A DNA stretch of 64,000 nt from positions 15,875-79,874 of IMG/VR virus record IMGVR_UViG_3300031918_000730. One strand, written 5' to 3'. The translations under genes and the position numbers were made by a program. Source of the DNA: a virus. Shown piece by piece: positions 39,111 to 47,781 of the stretch. The notes beneath the pieces are model-generated. The model saw nothing but the letters and a program-made list of their open reading frames with translations, was not told the origin of the DNA and did not search any database. Position 1 is the stretch's first letter, and each line of letters begins with the position of its first letter.

Positions 39111-39743
39111 ATGCAAGCCACTTCGATAAGAAAATGCCCACGATGTAGTAGAGAATTAGCGTTATCTAGTTTCTATGTGAATAAGAAAACTGGTAGAGTA
39201 TATTCGTATTGTAAGCAATGTAACAATGAAATGAGTAGAAATAGAGATAAAGAAAAAACAAAGAAATATAATAAACTAAAATACTTAAAGAATAAGGAAG
39301 AGTATAATAAGAATAGCTCTGAAAATTATTACGCGAATCAACAGAAATACATTGACTATGCCATTAAGAGAGAAGCCATTAGGAAACTTGAGGAGCCTAA
39401 GTATGCATTCACTAGGAGACTTAGGGATAGGATCAGAAAATCGTTCAGGCGACTAAGTGTAAATGGAAAAGTTAAGTCATGTAAAGAATATGGAATCGAC
39501 TTCGAAGAAATCTATTTACATTTAGGCGAAAAGCCTAGTGAGAATTTCGAATTAGATCACATTATTCCATTAAGTGTTTTTAACCTTGACATCGCTGAGC
39601 ATGTCAAGTTAGCTAATTCTAAGTACAACTTGAGATGGATTAGTTGCTCAGATAATAGAAAAAAGCACACTACGATCCCAGCAATCGCATATGAAGATGA
39701 TAAACTTAGAGATATTTTAGTGGCTATAGGTTTGTTAGAATAG
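39111..39743 (+). CDS. free-standing HNH homing endonuclease with N-terminal zinc finger
   Basis: CPRC...CKQC, ELDHIIPLS...NLRWISCSDNRKK; AT-rich; late promoter at 39100-39105. Confidence 0.82.
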   Translation: MQATSIRKCPRCSRELALSSFYVNKKTGRVYSYCKQCNNEMSRNRDKEKTKKYNKLKYLKNKEEYNKNSSENYYANQQKYIDYAIKREAIRKLEEPKYAFTRRLRDRIRKSFRRLSVNGKVKSCKEYGIDFEEIYLHLGEKPSENFELDHIIPLSVFNLDIAEHVKLANSKYNLRWISCSDNRKKHTTIPAIAYEDDKLRDILVAIGLLE

Positions 39744-39747
39744 GTAC

Positions 39748-40548
39748 ATGCGCATATTAGGACTTGACTTAAGTATTACATCCCCCGGCTTCTGCATAAT
39801 GGACGTTAATGAGGACGATGGATATAGAATCCGACAAATCGACCTTCATGGCTTCACGAAGACTGACAAGTGGAAGTTTGAAGGAGATGGCCTAATAATC
39901 CACCAATTCCCGAAAGACTATAACCAACACCCTTCACACTACAGACCTACACTGGTGTACGATATAGTGGAACCTTACCTGAAAGAGATTGACTATGTAG
40001 CCATCGAAGACTACGCTTTCGGTGCTAAGGGTAAGGTATTTGACTTGGCGGAATTCGCAGGGTCTATGAAAAACTACATGTACGATAGAAGAATACCTAT
40101 CAAGAAGTTCCCCCCTATGACAGTGAAGCTATGTGCGGCAGGTAGCGGAGCGGCTGACAAGGTACTCATGGGAATGAGCTTCAAGGCATCTAGCCTATCT
40201 AAGTTGGTAAATCCGTATTTGTTCATGCTCCCTGAGTACGATAACCCGCAAGAGGACTTGGTAGATGCAATCTATATGGCAAATACTCTAAGGGCTGAAA
40301 TATGCTACATGGCAACAGGAGCTTTTCCAGTTGATCTCGGAATGAATGTGAATAATTGCGCAACTGCAATTCTATTGGGTAAGAAGGGGGCTAAGACTAA
40401 GCCTTCAATTGAACATCCACTCATCACATTCGGAGCATTCACTAGAGTTAAGAAAGAGAAGAAGGTCAAGAAGAGTGACGCCGAGGTTGAAGTAAAGGTA
40501 TCTAAGAAACGAGAACCTAAGAAGAAGCTGATAGTGCCCAAGCAATAA
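39748..40548 (+). CDS. RuvC-like Holliday junction resolvase
   Basis: ILGLDLSITSPG, AIEDYAF, LAE, KLCAAGSGAADK, DLVDA. Confidence 0.85.
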   Translation: MRILGLDLSITSPGFCIMDVNEDDGYRIRQIDLHGFTKTDKWKFEGDGLIIHQFPKDYNQHPSHYRPTLVYDIVEPYLKEIDYVAIEDYAFGAKGKVFDLAEFAGSMKNYMYDRRIPIKKFPPMTVKLCAAGSGAADKVLMGMSFKASSLSKLVNPYLFMLPEYDNPQEDLVDAIYMANTLRAEICYMATGAFPVDLGMNVNNCATAILLGKKGAKTKPSIEHPLITFGAFTRVKKEKKVKKSDAEVEVKVSKKREPKKKLIVPKQ

Positions 40549-40557
40549 ATAAACAAT

Positions 40558-41289
40558 ATGATCGATTATCTAGAACTACTTGAAGAGGATGTTAATCCTG
40601 AAGACGTTGACGTTTCTTCTATTAAGTTTCATACTGAACTGAATCCTGCAATATGGGCTAGAGTCGACGGAGAATATCTAATCAGGGATGACGTTAAGAC
40701 TAAGTTACTTGCAATAGCTGATAAGTTTTCTGATTTTATTAGATTCAAGGGTTCGAAATTCAACATATTGGATATTGAATTGACAGGATCTAATTGTAAT
40801 TTCAATTATACTCCAACTAGCGATCTAGATATGCATTTGATTGTGGACTATTCAAGTGTAGGCAGTGAAACAGATCTAGTTTCTCAGTACCTATACGACA
40901 AGAAGATACTATGGTCGATGAAATACGACGTGAAGATCAAAACAATACCAGTAGAATGCTATGCGGCTGACTCTGAACAAGATAGAGTCAAGGGTGCGGC
41001 ATACTATAGTCTAATGAACGGTGAGTGGGTCGTAAAGCCTGACAGAAATAACATTGTAGTCGATCTTTCTGCAGTAAAGGAAAAAGCCGCAGAGGTGATG
41101 GATACTGTAGACAAGTGCCAAACCATCGAGCAGTTGGAGAAACTGCAAGAGAAGTTGTGGCGCATGAGATACACCGGACTACATAGTAGCGGGGAGTTCT
41201 CAACCGAGACGCTCGTCTACAAGATATTGCGTAATAATGGCACTCTAGCGAAGATCAAGAGCCGCATCGCCAGCCTCGACCGCTTCTAG
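40558..41289 (+). CDS. Pol-beta-superfamily nucleotidyltransferase
   Basis: LTGSNCNFNY...SDLDMHLIVD, VECY, GEFSTETLVYKILR; late promoter at 40546-40551. Confidence 0.8.
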   Translation: MIDYLELLEEDVNPEDVDVSSIKFHTELNPAIWARVDGEYLIRDDVKTKLLAIADKFSDFIRFKGSKFNILDIELTGSNCNFNYTPTSDLDMHLIVDYSSVGSETDLVSQYLYDKKILWSMKYDVKIKTIPVECYAADSEQDRVKGAAYYSLMNGEWVVKPDRNNIVVDLSAVKEKAAEVMDTVDKCQTIEQLEKLQEKLWRMRYTGLHSSGEFSTETLVYKILRNNGTLAKIKSRIASLDRF

Positions 41290-41307
41290 TCTTGCTACCA
41301 TAAAGAC

Positions 41308-42258
41308 ATGAAACTAAGACACCTAGTGGTTGACGTTGGTGGACTGTCCTACTGGAAGCTACACTCTCTCGCCAGCAAAATGAAGTGCGAACAACTCGGA
41401 CTCCCTAAAGAAGCCATCCTAGCGATGGAATCTGAAGGTGGATTTAAGGAGTGGATCTACGATGTCAAGATGGAAGTTCTTGATATGATCCAGAGCTTCA
41501 ATCCAGATCTACTAACCCTTGCCTGCGACGGAAAGAACCTCTGGCGCAAGGACATTTATCCTGATTACAAGGATAATCGCAAGGCAAACAAGGCGAAAAT
41601 CCCCATCGACTGGAATCTGTTCTATCAGACCAGAGACATGTTGATGAATGCATTCGCTGAGAATATGCCAGTCAAGACTGTCCTATTGGACCGGATCGAG
41701 GCTGACGATATTATTGCAGTATTGACTGAGAAGCTACACGAAACTCAGGAAATCATTGCATTGTCGAATGACGCCGACTGGCATCAGTTGTTCAAGTACG
41801 AAGGATTCAGAGTCTTCAAGATCAACGATCCAAGTCCAACTGCATATTTTAGCAGAGGCCCTGAGGGTAGAACTGAGATTACTGGAGTTGATCCGGTGAA
41901 ACTCATTCAGATGAAGATTCTCACTGGTGATACCGGAGATAACATCCCCAACCTCAAGCCAAGACTTGGCGAGAAGACCGCAGAAAAAATCATCCTTGAG
42001 AGCAATGGAAACATTTACGCATATGCTCAGCGCGAAGGATTGCTTGCAGAGTTCGAACGTAACCAGAAGCTCATCAATTTGGACAGAATCCCACAGGAAA
42101 TTAAGGATTCTATCTGGAATGCGTACAATTCGAAGCCTGTTACCGAAGTTGATCATTTGCTGTTGATGGATTTCTATCCAGAAAACTACGATTTGATAAC
42201 TCAAATGTCACATTTGCATATTTTCTCACATGCAAAAGTCAAAAATCTCGGCTGGTAA
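41308..42258 (+). CDS. rnh: T4 RNase H / 5'-3' exonuclease
   Basis: WRKDIYPDYKDNR, EADDII, ILTGDTGDNIP, GEKTA. Confidence 0.9.
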   Translation: MKLRHLVVDVGGLSYWKLHSLASKMKCEQLGLPKEAILAMESEGGFKEWIYDVKMEVLDMIQSFNPDLLTLACDGKNLWRKDIYPDYKDNRKANKAKIPIDWNLFYQTRDMLMNAFAENMPVKTVLLDRIEADDIIAVLTEKLHETQEIIALSNDADWHQLFKYEGFRVFKINDPSPTAYFSRGPEGRTEITGVDPVKLIQMKILTGDTGDNIPNLKPRLGEKTAEKIILESNGNIYAYAQREGLLAEFERNQKLINLDRIPQEIKDSIWNAYNSKPVTEVDHLLLMDFYPENYDLITQMSHLHIFSHAKVKNLGW

Positions 42259-42277
42259 GGCCGCTAAATAAAAACCT

Positions 42278-44770
42278 GTGAAAGGACAATTAGTGACAAT
42301 GGAGACTTTTTCAAATAATCAAGCACTGGAGGCATCTGCTGAGTATTTCAGCGGAGATACCACTGCTTCATCTGTATTCGTAGGTAAATACGCACTTCGC
42401 AATAACGAAGAGTTGCTGGTCGAGAAGACCCCTGACGATATGCACCTCAGATTAGCTAGTGAGTTCGCGAAGGCCGAGTCGAAGCATACTGACGGAATGG
42501 GATTCGATGAAATTTACGCTCTCTTCGAAGGGTTTAAGTATATCATCCCTCAGGGTTCCCCGATGTCCGCCATCGGAAATCCATATTCCATCCAGTCAGC
42601 TTCGAACTGCTTCGTAATTCCATCACCTGAAGATTCATATGGAGGCATTTTCCAAGCGGATCAGCAACAGGCGCAGATCATGAAGCGTCGTGGTGGCGTC
42701 GGAATGGACTTGTCTAAGATCAGACCTAAGGGCATTTCGACTTCCAATGCCGCAAAGACCACTGACGGAATTGCAGTATTCATGGATAGGTTCTCAAATA
42801 CCTGCCGTGAAGTTGCACAGGGAGGCCGTCGAGGCGCTCTGATGTTGACTATTTCGGTTCATCACCCAGAGATTGCGACCTTCATCAACATCAAGAGGAA
42901 TCAGACTCGCGTAACTGGAGCCAATATCTCCATTCGAGTGACTGATGACTTCATGAAGGCAGTTCGCGAAGACTCGACGTATACTCAACAGTGGCCTATC
43001 GACTCTGCACATCCAAAGCTCAAGAAGGAAGTTCCGGCTAGGGAGATTTGGAATCAGATTGTTCACGCCGCATGGGAATCAGCAGAACCCGGAATCCTTT
43101 TCTGGGATAATGCACTGAACAATACCCCATCCGACATCTATACTGAGGAAGGTTTCGGTAGCACCTCAACCAATCCATGCGGAGAGATCGTACTTTCCCC
43201 GAATGACTCTTGTCGTTTGATGGCATTGAATCTTTATTCATTGGTTAATGATAGATTCACTAAGGATGCTACTTTCGATTACGAGAAGTTGGCTGAGATC
43301 ACCTATAAGGCTCAGCATTTGATGGATTCCATGATCGACATTGAGATTGGACAGGTCGATAAGATCATTTCCAAGATCGAAAATGATCCAGAGGATGAAT
43401 CGGTCAAGTCAATCGAATTGAATCTCTGGAAGGCCATTAAGAGTGCCGCACTCAAGGGTCGTCGCACTGGATTGGGTATCACTGGACTTGGAGATGCACT
43501 CGCCGCACTGAACATCCGCTACGGCTCCCCAGAGTCAGTGGAAGTTACAGAGGCCATCTACCGTACACTTGCAGTTAATGCATATCGTGCATCCATTGAT
43601 ATGGCTGAGACTCGTGGCGCATTCGAAGTATTTGACTTCGAGAAGGAAAAGGAACATCCTTTCTTGCTGAGAGTCATTCGTGAACTCGGACCTGAGTATC
43701 TGGAGAAGTGGAAGAAGTTCGGTCGTCGCAACATTGCATTGACCACTACTGCACCGACCGGATCAGTGTCGATGATGACCCAGACCACTTCTGGAATTGA
43801 GCCTGCATTCAATGTAAGCTACATTCGTCGTCGCAAGATCAATCCGGAAGATAAGAATGCAGTTGTTGCATATACTGACGCAACTGGAGACAAGTTCACC
43901 GAATACAAGATCTTCCACCATGCTTTCAAGGAATGGATGGAAGTTAACGGAAAAACCGAAGCCGACTACGAAGAGTCCCCTTACTATAAGGCGACTGCAA
44001 ACGATGTCGACTGGAGGGCTTCTGTAGACATTCAGGCGGCGGCTCAGCGTTGGGTATGTCACTCTATCTCCAAGACCTGCAACCTTCCTGCAACCGCATC
44101 GGAAGACCTCGTGTCGCAGATCTACATGGACGCTTGGGAGAAGGGATGCAAGGGCTTCACAGTCTACCGTGACGGATGCCGTTCTGGAATCCTAATCACC
44201 GAATCCAAGCCTGTCGAAGAGAAGATTCAGTTTGCTGAAGTAGATGCACCTAAGCGCCCAGAGACTCTCGAATGTGAAGTATCGCATGTGAAGATCGACG
44301 GACAGCAGTGGGTAATCTTCCTTGGACTTTTGGACGGTCGTCCATATGAAGTCTTCGGCGGAATTGCGGAGAATATCCAAATTCCTAAGAAGATTAAGCA
44401 TGGTAAGATCTCGAAGGTAGGGAAGAAAGAAGGTAGAGGAATCTACGCATTCTCCCACGGCGAAGGTGAAGATAAGATCGTAGTTAAGGACATTGTGAAG
44501 GCGTTTGCAAATGTCAACTATGCATTCCACACCCTAGCGATCTCCGGATTGCTCCGTAGCGGAATGGGAGTCAAGTACGTTCTCGACATCTTCACTAAGG
44601 CAGACGAGGAAGCAGAAATCTACTCATTCAACCGAGTAATTTCGAGAGTACTCAAGCACCATATCAAAGATGGTACTAAGTCTGGCGAGAAGTGCCCCAA
44701 CTGCGGATCGGAAATGATCTTCACTGAGGGATGTAAGAGTTGCACTTGCGGATACAGTAAGTGCGGATAA
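42278..44770 (+). CDS. nrdJ: class II (B12-dependent) ribonucleotide reductase
   Basis: SNCFV, TNPCGE, TTAPTGS, C-terminal RPYEVF domain and CPNC..EGCKSC.CGYSKC; exact start uncertain (42278, 42293 or 42299). Confidence 0.92.
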   Translation: MKGQLVTMETFSNNQALEASAEYFSGDTTASSVFVGKYALRNNEELLVEKTPDDMHLRLASEFAKAESKHTDGMGFDEIYALFEGFKYIIPQGSPMSAIGNPYSIQSASNCFVIPSPEDSYGGIFQADQQQAQIMKRRGGVGMDLSKIRPKGISTSNAAKTTDGIAVFMDRFSNTCREVAQGGRRGALMLTISVHHPEIATFINIKRNQTRVTGANISIRVTDDFMKAVREDSTYTQQWPIDSAHPKLKKEVPAREIWNQIVHAAWESAEPGILFWDNALNNTPSDIYTEEGFGSTSTNPCGEIVLSPNDSCRLMALNLYSLVNDRFTKDATFDYEKLAEITYKAQHLMDSMIDIEIGQVDKIISKIENDPEDESVKSIELNLWKAIKSAALKGRRTGLGITGLGDALAALNIRYGSPESVEVTEAIYRTLAVNAYRASIDMAETRGAFEVFDFEKEKEHPFLLRVIRELGPEYLEKWKKFGRRNIALTTTAPTGSVSMMTQTTSGIEPAFNVSYIRRRKINPEDKNAVVAYTDATGDKFTEYKIFHHAFKEWMEVNGKTEADYEESPYYKATANDVDWRASVDIQAAAQRWVCHSISKTCNLPATASEDLVSQIYMDAWEKGCKGFTVYRDGCRSGILITESKPVEEKIQFAEVDAPKRPETLECEVSHVKIDGQQWVIFLGLLDGRPYEVFGGIAENIQIPKKIKHGKISKVGKKEGRGIYAFSHGEGEDKIVVKDIVKAFANVNYAFHTLAISGLLRSGMGVKYVLDIFTKADEEAEIYSFNRVISRVLKHHIKDGTKSGEKCPNCGSEMIFTEGCKSCTCGYSKCG

Positions 44771-44775
44771 ACAAG

Positions 44776-44799
44776 AGGCCCTCGAAAGAGGGCCTTTTT
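44776..44799 (+). terminator. intrinsic terminator
   Basis: AGGCCCTC-GAAA-GAGGGCCT-TTTT. Confidence 0.88.
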
Positions 44800-44815
44800 C
44801 TAGAAAAGGTATTAC

Positions 44816-45160
44816 ATGTACGCTGAAATGATGAATAAATTCCCTGATCCAATAATATTCGGGGATGAGTTGCTACGGATATACTTGAAGGTCAATAAGG
44901 CAGAATGTACATTGCAGTATTACGACCCAATCACCGGAGAGCCTACTGATGCATTAGTAAAGGGGACTCATTGGCAACTAATACATGAGGATATTCCTGC
45001 TAATTTTATCTATGCAGTATATGATTGCTTTACTGACCATTACTATGTACAGTACAATCTACACTATACTGATTTGACGAAGATCTCCAAGTACGCAGTG
45101 CGAGATCACGAGGTTATCAAATCACTCATGAGAACTCACATAGCTCACACTTACCAGTAA
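44816..45160 (+). CDS. hypothetical protein
   Basis: 114 aa; flanked by two near-identical terminators. Confidence 0.6.
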   Translation: MYAEMMNKFPDPIIFGDELLRIYLKVNKAECTLQYYDPITGEPTDALVKGTHWQLIHEDIPANFIYAVYDCFTDHYYVQYNLHYTDLTKISKYAVRDHEVIKSLMRTHIAHTYQ

Positions 45161-45162
45161 TC

Positions 45163-45190
45163 AAGGCCCTCGAAAGAGGTCTTTATTTTT
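45163..45190 (+). terminator. intrinsic terminator (near copy of 44776-44799)
   Basis: AAGGCCCTC-GAAA-GAGGTCTT plus T-rich tail. Confidence 0.7.
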
Positions 45191-45203
45191 ACTAAATATC
45201 AAT

Positions 45204-45701
45204 ATGTCGCGTCAATTTGAAGATCAAGATTTACCTCCGCAGAGGCCGAAAAGTGAAGGTGGATGGCATCAAGGTGTCTACAAGGTAGTAAATTACAAGA
45301 AGTATATGTCAACTAAGCCCCCTATCTTCAGATCGAGTTGGGAAGCTAATGTAATGTACTTATTTGATATGAATGAGTTTGTAGTTAAATGGGGTTCGGA
45401 AGTAATAGAAGTACCATATATCAACCCAATTGACGGTAAGGCTCATAGGTATTTCACTGACTTCTATGTAGAGTTTAAGAATAAGAATGGTGAGTATGTG
45501 AAGTGGGTGATTGAGGTGAAACCTGAATCTAAGCTAAAGCCACCTAGACAGCAAAAGAGAACAAAGACATGGGCTTATCAGATGAATGAATATGTCATCA
45601 ATACTGCCAAATGGAATGCGGCTAGAGCCTTTTGTAAACATAAGGGATGGGAATTCAAGATATTCACTGACGTAGAGATTAAAATGTTGGCAGGCCACTA
45701 G
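45204..45701 (+). CDS. gp4: head completion nuclease (T4 gp4-like, TnsA-type)
   Basis: FRSSWE, WGSE, HRYFTDF, IEVKP, NTAKWNAA; late promoter at 45193-45198. Confidence 0.9.
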   Translation: MSRQFEDQDLPPQRPKSEGGWHQGVYKVVNYKKYMSTKPPIFRSSWEANVMYLFDMNEFVVKWGSEVIEVPYINPIDGKAHRYFTDFYVEFKNKNGEYVKWVIEVKPESKLKPPRQQKRTKTWAYQMNEYVINTAKWNAARAFCKHKGWEFKIFTDVEIKMLAGH

Positions 45702-45771
45702 CGTAGGTTGCTATCATCAAGATAAGAAGTGGACTGCCTAGGCGGTCTTTAAGTTTTGATAGGAGATAAAG

Positions 45772-46263
45772 ATGGAGATCATTGAAGGTAATCTTCTCGA
45801 CATCTCACACGGGATTGTGGTTCATCAAGTGAACTGTCAAGGTGTGATGGGTCGAGGCTTGGCGGCACAGTTAAGGGCTAGATACCCTATTGTTTTCAAG
45901 GAATACAATAAGCTGTGCAGGTCTAAGGTTGGATTAGAGATCGAGTTGCTCGGAAGTGTACAGTTAGTTCCAATTAAGGAGAATCCATCCTTGAGAGTTG
46001 CCAATATGTTCGGGCAGTTGACATTTGCAGGTCCGGGTGTACATACTGATTACGATGCAGTCAGTAAGGCATTAGAGAAGTTGGCTTTCATCAACACTAG
46101 AAAGTTACCTATCTACTTCCCTTATTTGCTAGGGTCTGATTTGGCAGGCGGTCACTGGCCTACTATCAAATCGATCATAGAAGAACATCACCCTAATTCT
46201 ACCATCGTGGTTTTACCTGAGAAGGTTGAATCACTAGGCGATAACTGGGTAAACAAAATCTAA
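45772..46263 (+). CDS. macrodomain protein (Appr-1-p processing family)
   Basis: GNLLD, HQVNCQGVMGRGLA, NMFGQ, PYLLGSDLAGGHW. Confidence 0.88.
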   Translation: MEIIEGNLLDISHGIVVHQVNCQGVMGRGLAAQLRARYPIVFKEYNKLCRSKVGLEIELLGSVQLVPIKENPSLRVANMFGQLTFAGPGVHTDYDAVSKALEKLAFINTRKLPIYFPYLLGSDLAGGHWPTIKSIIEEHHPNSTIVVLPEKVESLGDNWVNKI

Positions 46264-46270
46264 ATGGAGG

Positions 46271-46294
46271 GGGATTCAATAGAATCCCTTTTTT
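46271..46294 (+). terminator. intrinsic terminator
   Basis: GGGATTC-AATA-GAATCCC-TTTTTT. Confidence 0.75.
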
Positions 46295-46297
46295 GAT

Positions 46298-46714
46298 ATG
46301 GACCATACTAAGAAAACAACTTTCGCTGGATTCGTTAACATTGATAAGTCCAATAAGTATTGGATGGAAGGGCACTTCGAACACGGAGAAGACGCCCCTA
46401 CACTATTCAGATTCAATACCAAGGAAGAGCGAGATACTGTTCAAGAGGTTGCCCAGTCGTATCTCGATAATTGGGGATGCGATGCGCTTGAACTTGTAAT
46501 ATTCGAAGCAAAGGCAAGACATGTGGTGACTTTGAAAAAAAGGACCGAGAGTGAAATCACATTAGCTAGGCAGAAATCTAAGAGTGATGCCGAAGCAAAG
46601 CGTGAACGCGCAGTCGCTGAAGTTGCTGTAGTGTCTCAGGTTGAGACAGGCACTCAACCAGACACCGCCCCTAAGAAGAGGGGTAGGAAACCCAAGACTA
46701 GTGCTACAATATAG
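46298..46714 (+). CDS. hypothetical protein with C-terminal AT-hook-like motif
   Basis: PKKRGRKPK. Confidence 0.6.
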   Translation: MDHTKKTTFAGFVNIDKSNKYWMEGHFEHGEDAPTLFRFNTKEERDTVQEVAQSYLDNWGCDALELVIFEAKARHVVTLKKRTESEITLARQKSKSDAEAKRERAVAEVAVVSQVETGTQPDTAPKKRGRKPKTSATI

Positions 46715-46716
46715 GC

Positions 46717-47043
46717 ATGAGCACAAAACTTAACCTGTCACAGCGCCTCTGGCTTATCGATTCTATCGGTAGCCTTCCATCAACCACTGAGAGAATCAAG
46801 GAAGCCGATGGATTCATCGCAATCCTTGCACCTAACGACGCCGAACTGAGTGTCGAAGGTTTGAATTTCACCGCAGACGAGAATGGTCTACAGTGGGATA
46901 CTGCAGTTGAAGCCGAGAAGGTTCCTGCACTTGAAGTCGAAATCCCAGAGATCCTATACTCTGCACTGAAGGATAAATTTTCAGTTCAGATGAAAGATCC
47001 TACTGGACTTGACTTGGAAATGATCGACCTACTCTCCCTGTAA
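46717..47043 (+). CDS. hypothetical protein
   Basis: 108 aa; TGCTACAAT at 46702-46710, 6 nt upstream. Confidence 0.65.
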   Translation: MSTKLNLSQRLWLIDSIGSLPSTTERIKEADGFIAILAPNDAELSVEGLNFTADENGLQWDTAVEAEKVPALEVEIPEILYSALKDKFSVQMKDPTGLDLEMIDLLSL

Positions 47044-47061
47044 TCAAAAGGGTCATCGAAC

Positions 47062-47781
47062 ATGATCGACTTTAATCTCTCAGTTAGATTGAGAATTGGT
47101 AATGAGGATTACGACGACGAGTCGAGTCCTTCATTCTTTTCTCGTAGAATGCAAGGAATTCGAAATATATTCGGGTCGATCAGGGATTTCATCGATTTCC
47201 TAAAGAATGATGACCCAATTAACTACAGGTATACTTTCGAAGAGGGACATGATGCATACATGATCCTCTACGATAAGAACTACCCTGAAGGTTTCTACCA
47301 TAACGCGAATAATAAGGCAGAGAGTTTCTATAAGTCCCACGACGTAAATGGAAATGTAATCGCCTCATTCGTAATGCCTGAAGTGTATATCCAGAATTCT
47401 ATCCAGCGCATGGAAGGGATTCAGATGACTCCGACTGATATTCTTCAGTCTACTTCGGTTGCCGAAATATACTTGACGAACTGCGATGAGTCTAACATAG
47501 ACCCATACATTCCGTTGAGATTGTCTTTCGATCAGCACGGCGTAGGCACTGCTTGGTACGGTAGGCGCTCAAAGTTTGAGGCGATTCCGGGATACCTCGA
47601 AGAGAAGAATAAGGCATTTGAGGCTGAACAAGCGTGGATCGAAGAGTGGCTCGGAAATTACGTCGAAGAGGAGCCTGATCTTATTGATCTAATGGCAATT
47701 CAACGAGTGAATGAAATCAACAATGCAATACAGAGATCACAGACTCGAAAGGCTCGTCGTGTACAGCACAATCGAAACTAA
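47062..47781 (+). CDS. hypothetical protein
   Basis: 239-aa ORF. Confidence 0.6.
   Translation: MIDFNLSVRLRIGNEDYDDESSPSFFSRRMQGIRNIFGSIRDFIDFLKNDDPINYRYTFEEGHDAYMILYDKNYPEGFYHNANNKAESFYKSHDVNGNVIASFVMPEVYIQNSIQRMEGIQMTPTDILQSTSVAEIYLTNCDESNIDPYIPLRLSFDQHGVGTAWYGRRSKFEAIPGYLEEKNKAFEAEQAWIEEWLGNYVEEEPDLIDLMAIQRVNEINNAIQRSQTRKARRVQHNRN

Noticed and set aside
28546-44770. Inteins or introns in the polymerase, helicase, UvsX or RNR
   Set aside because: The ORFs are continuous, and the insertions are short and lack C/S...HN intein ends or LAGLIDADG motifs.
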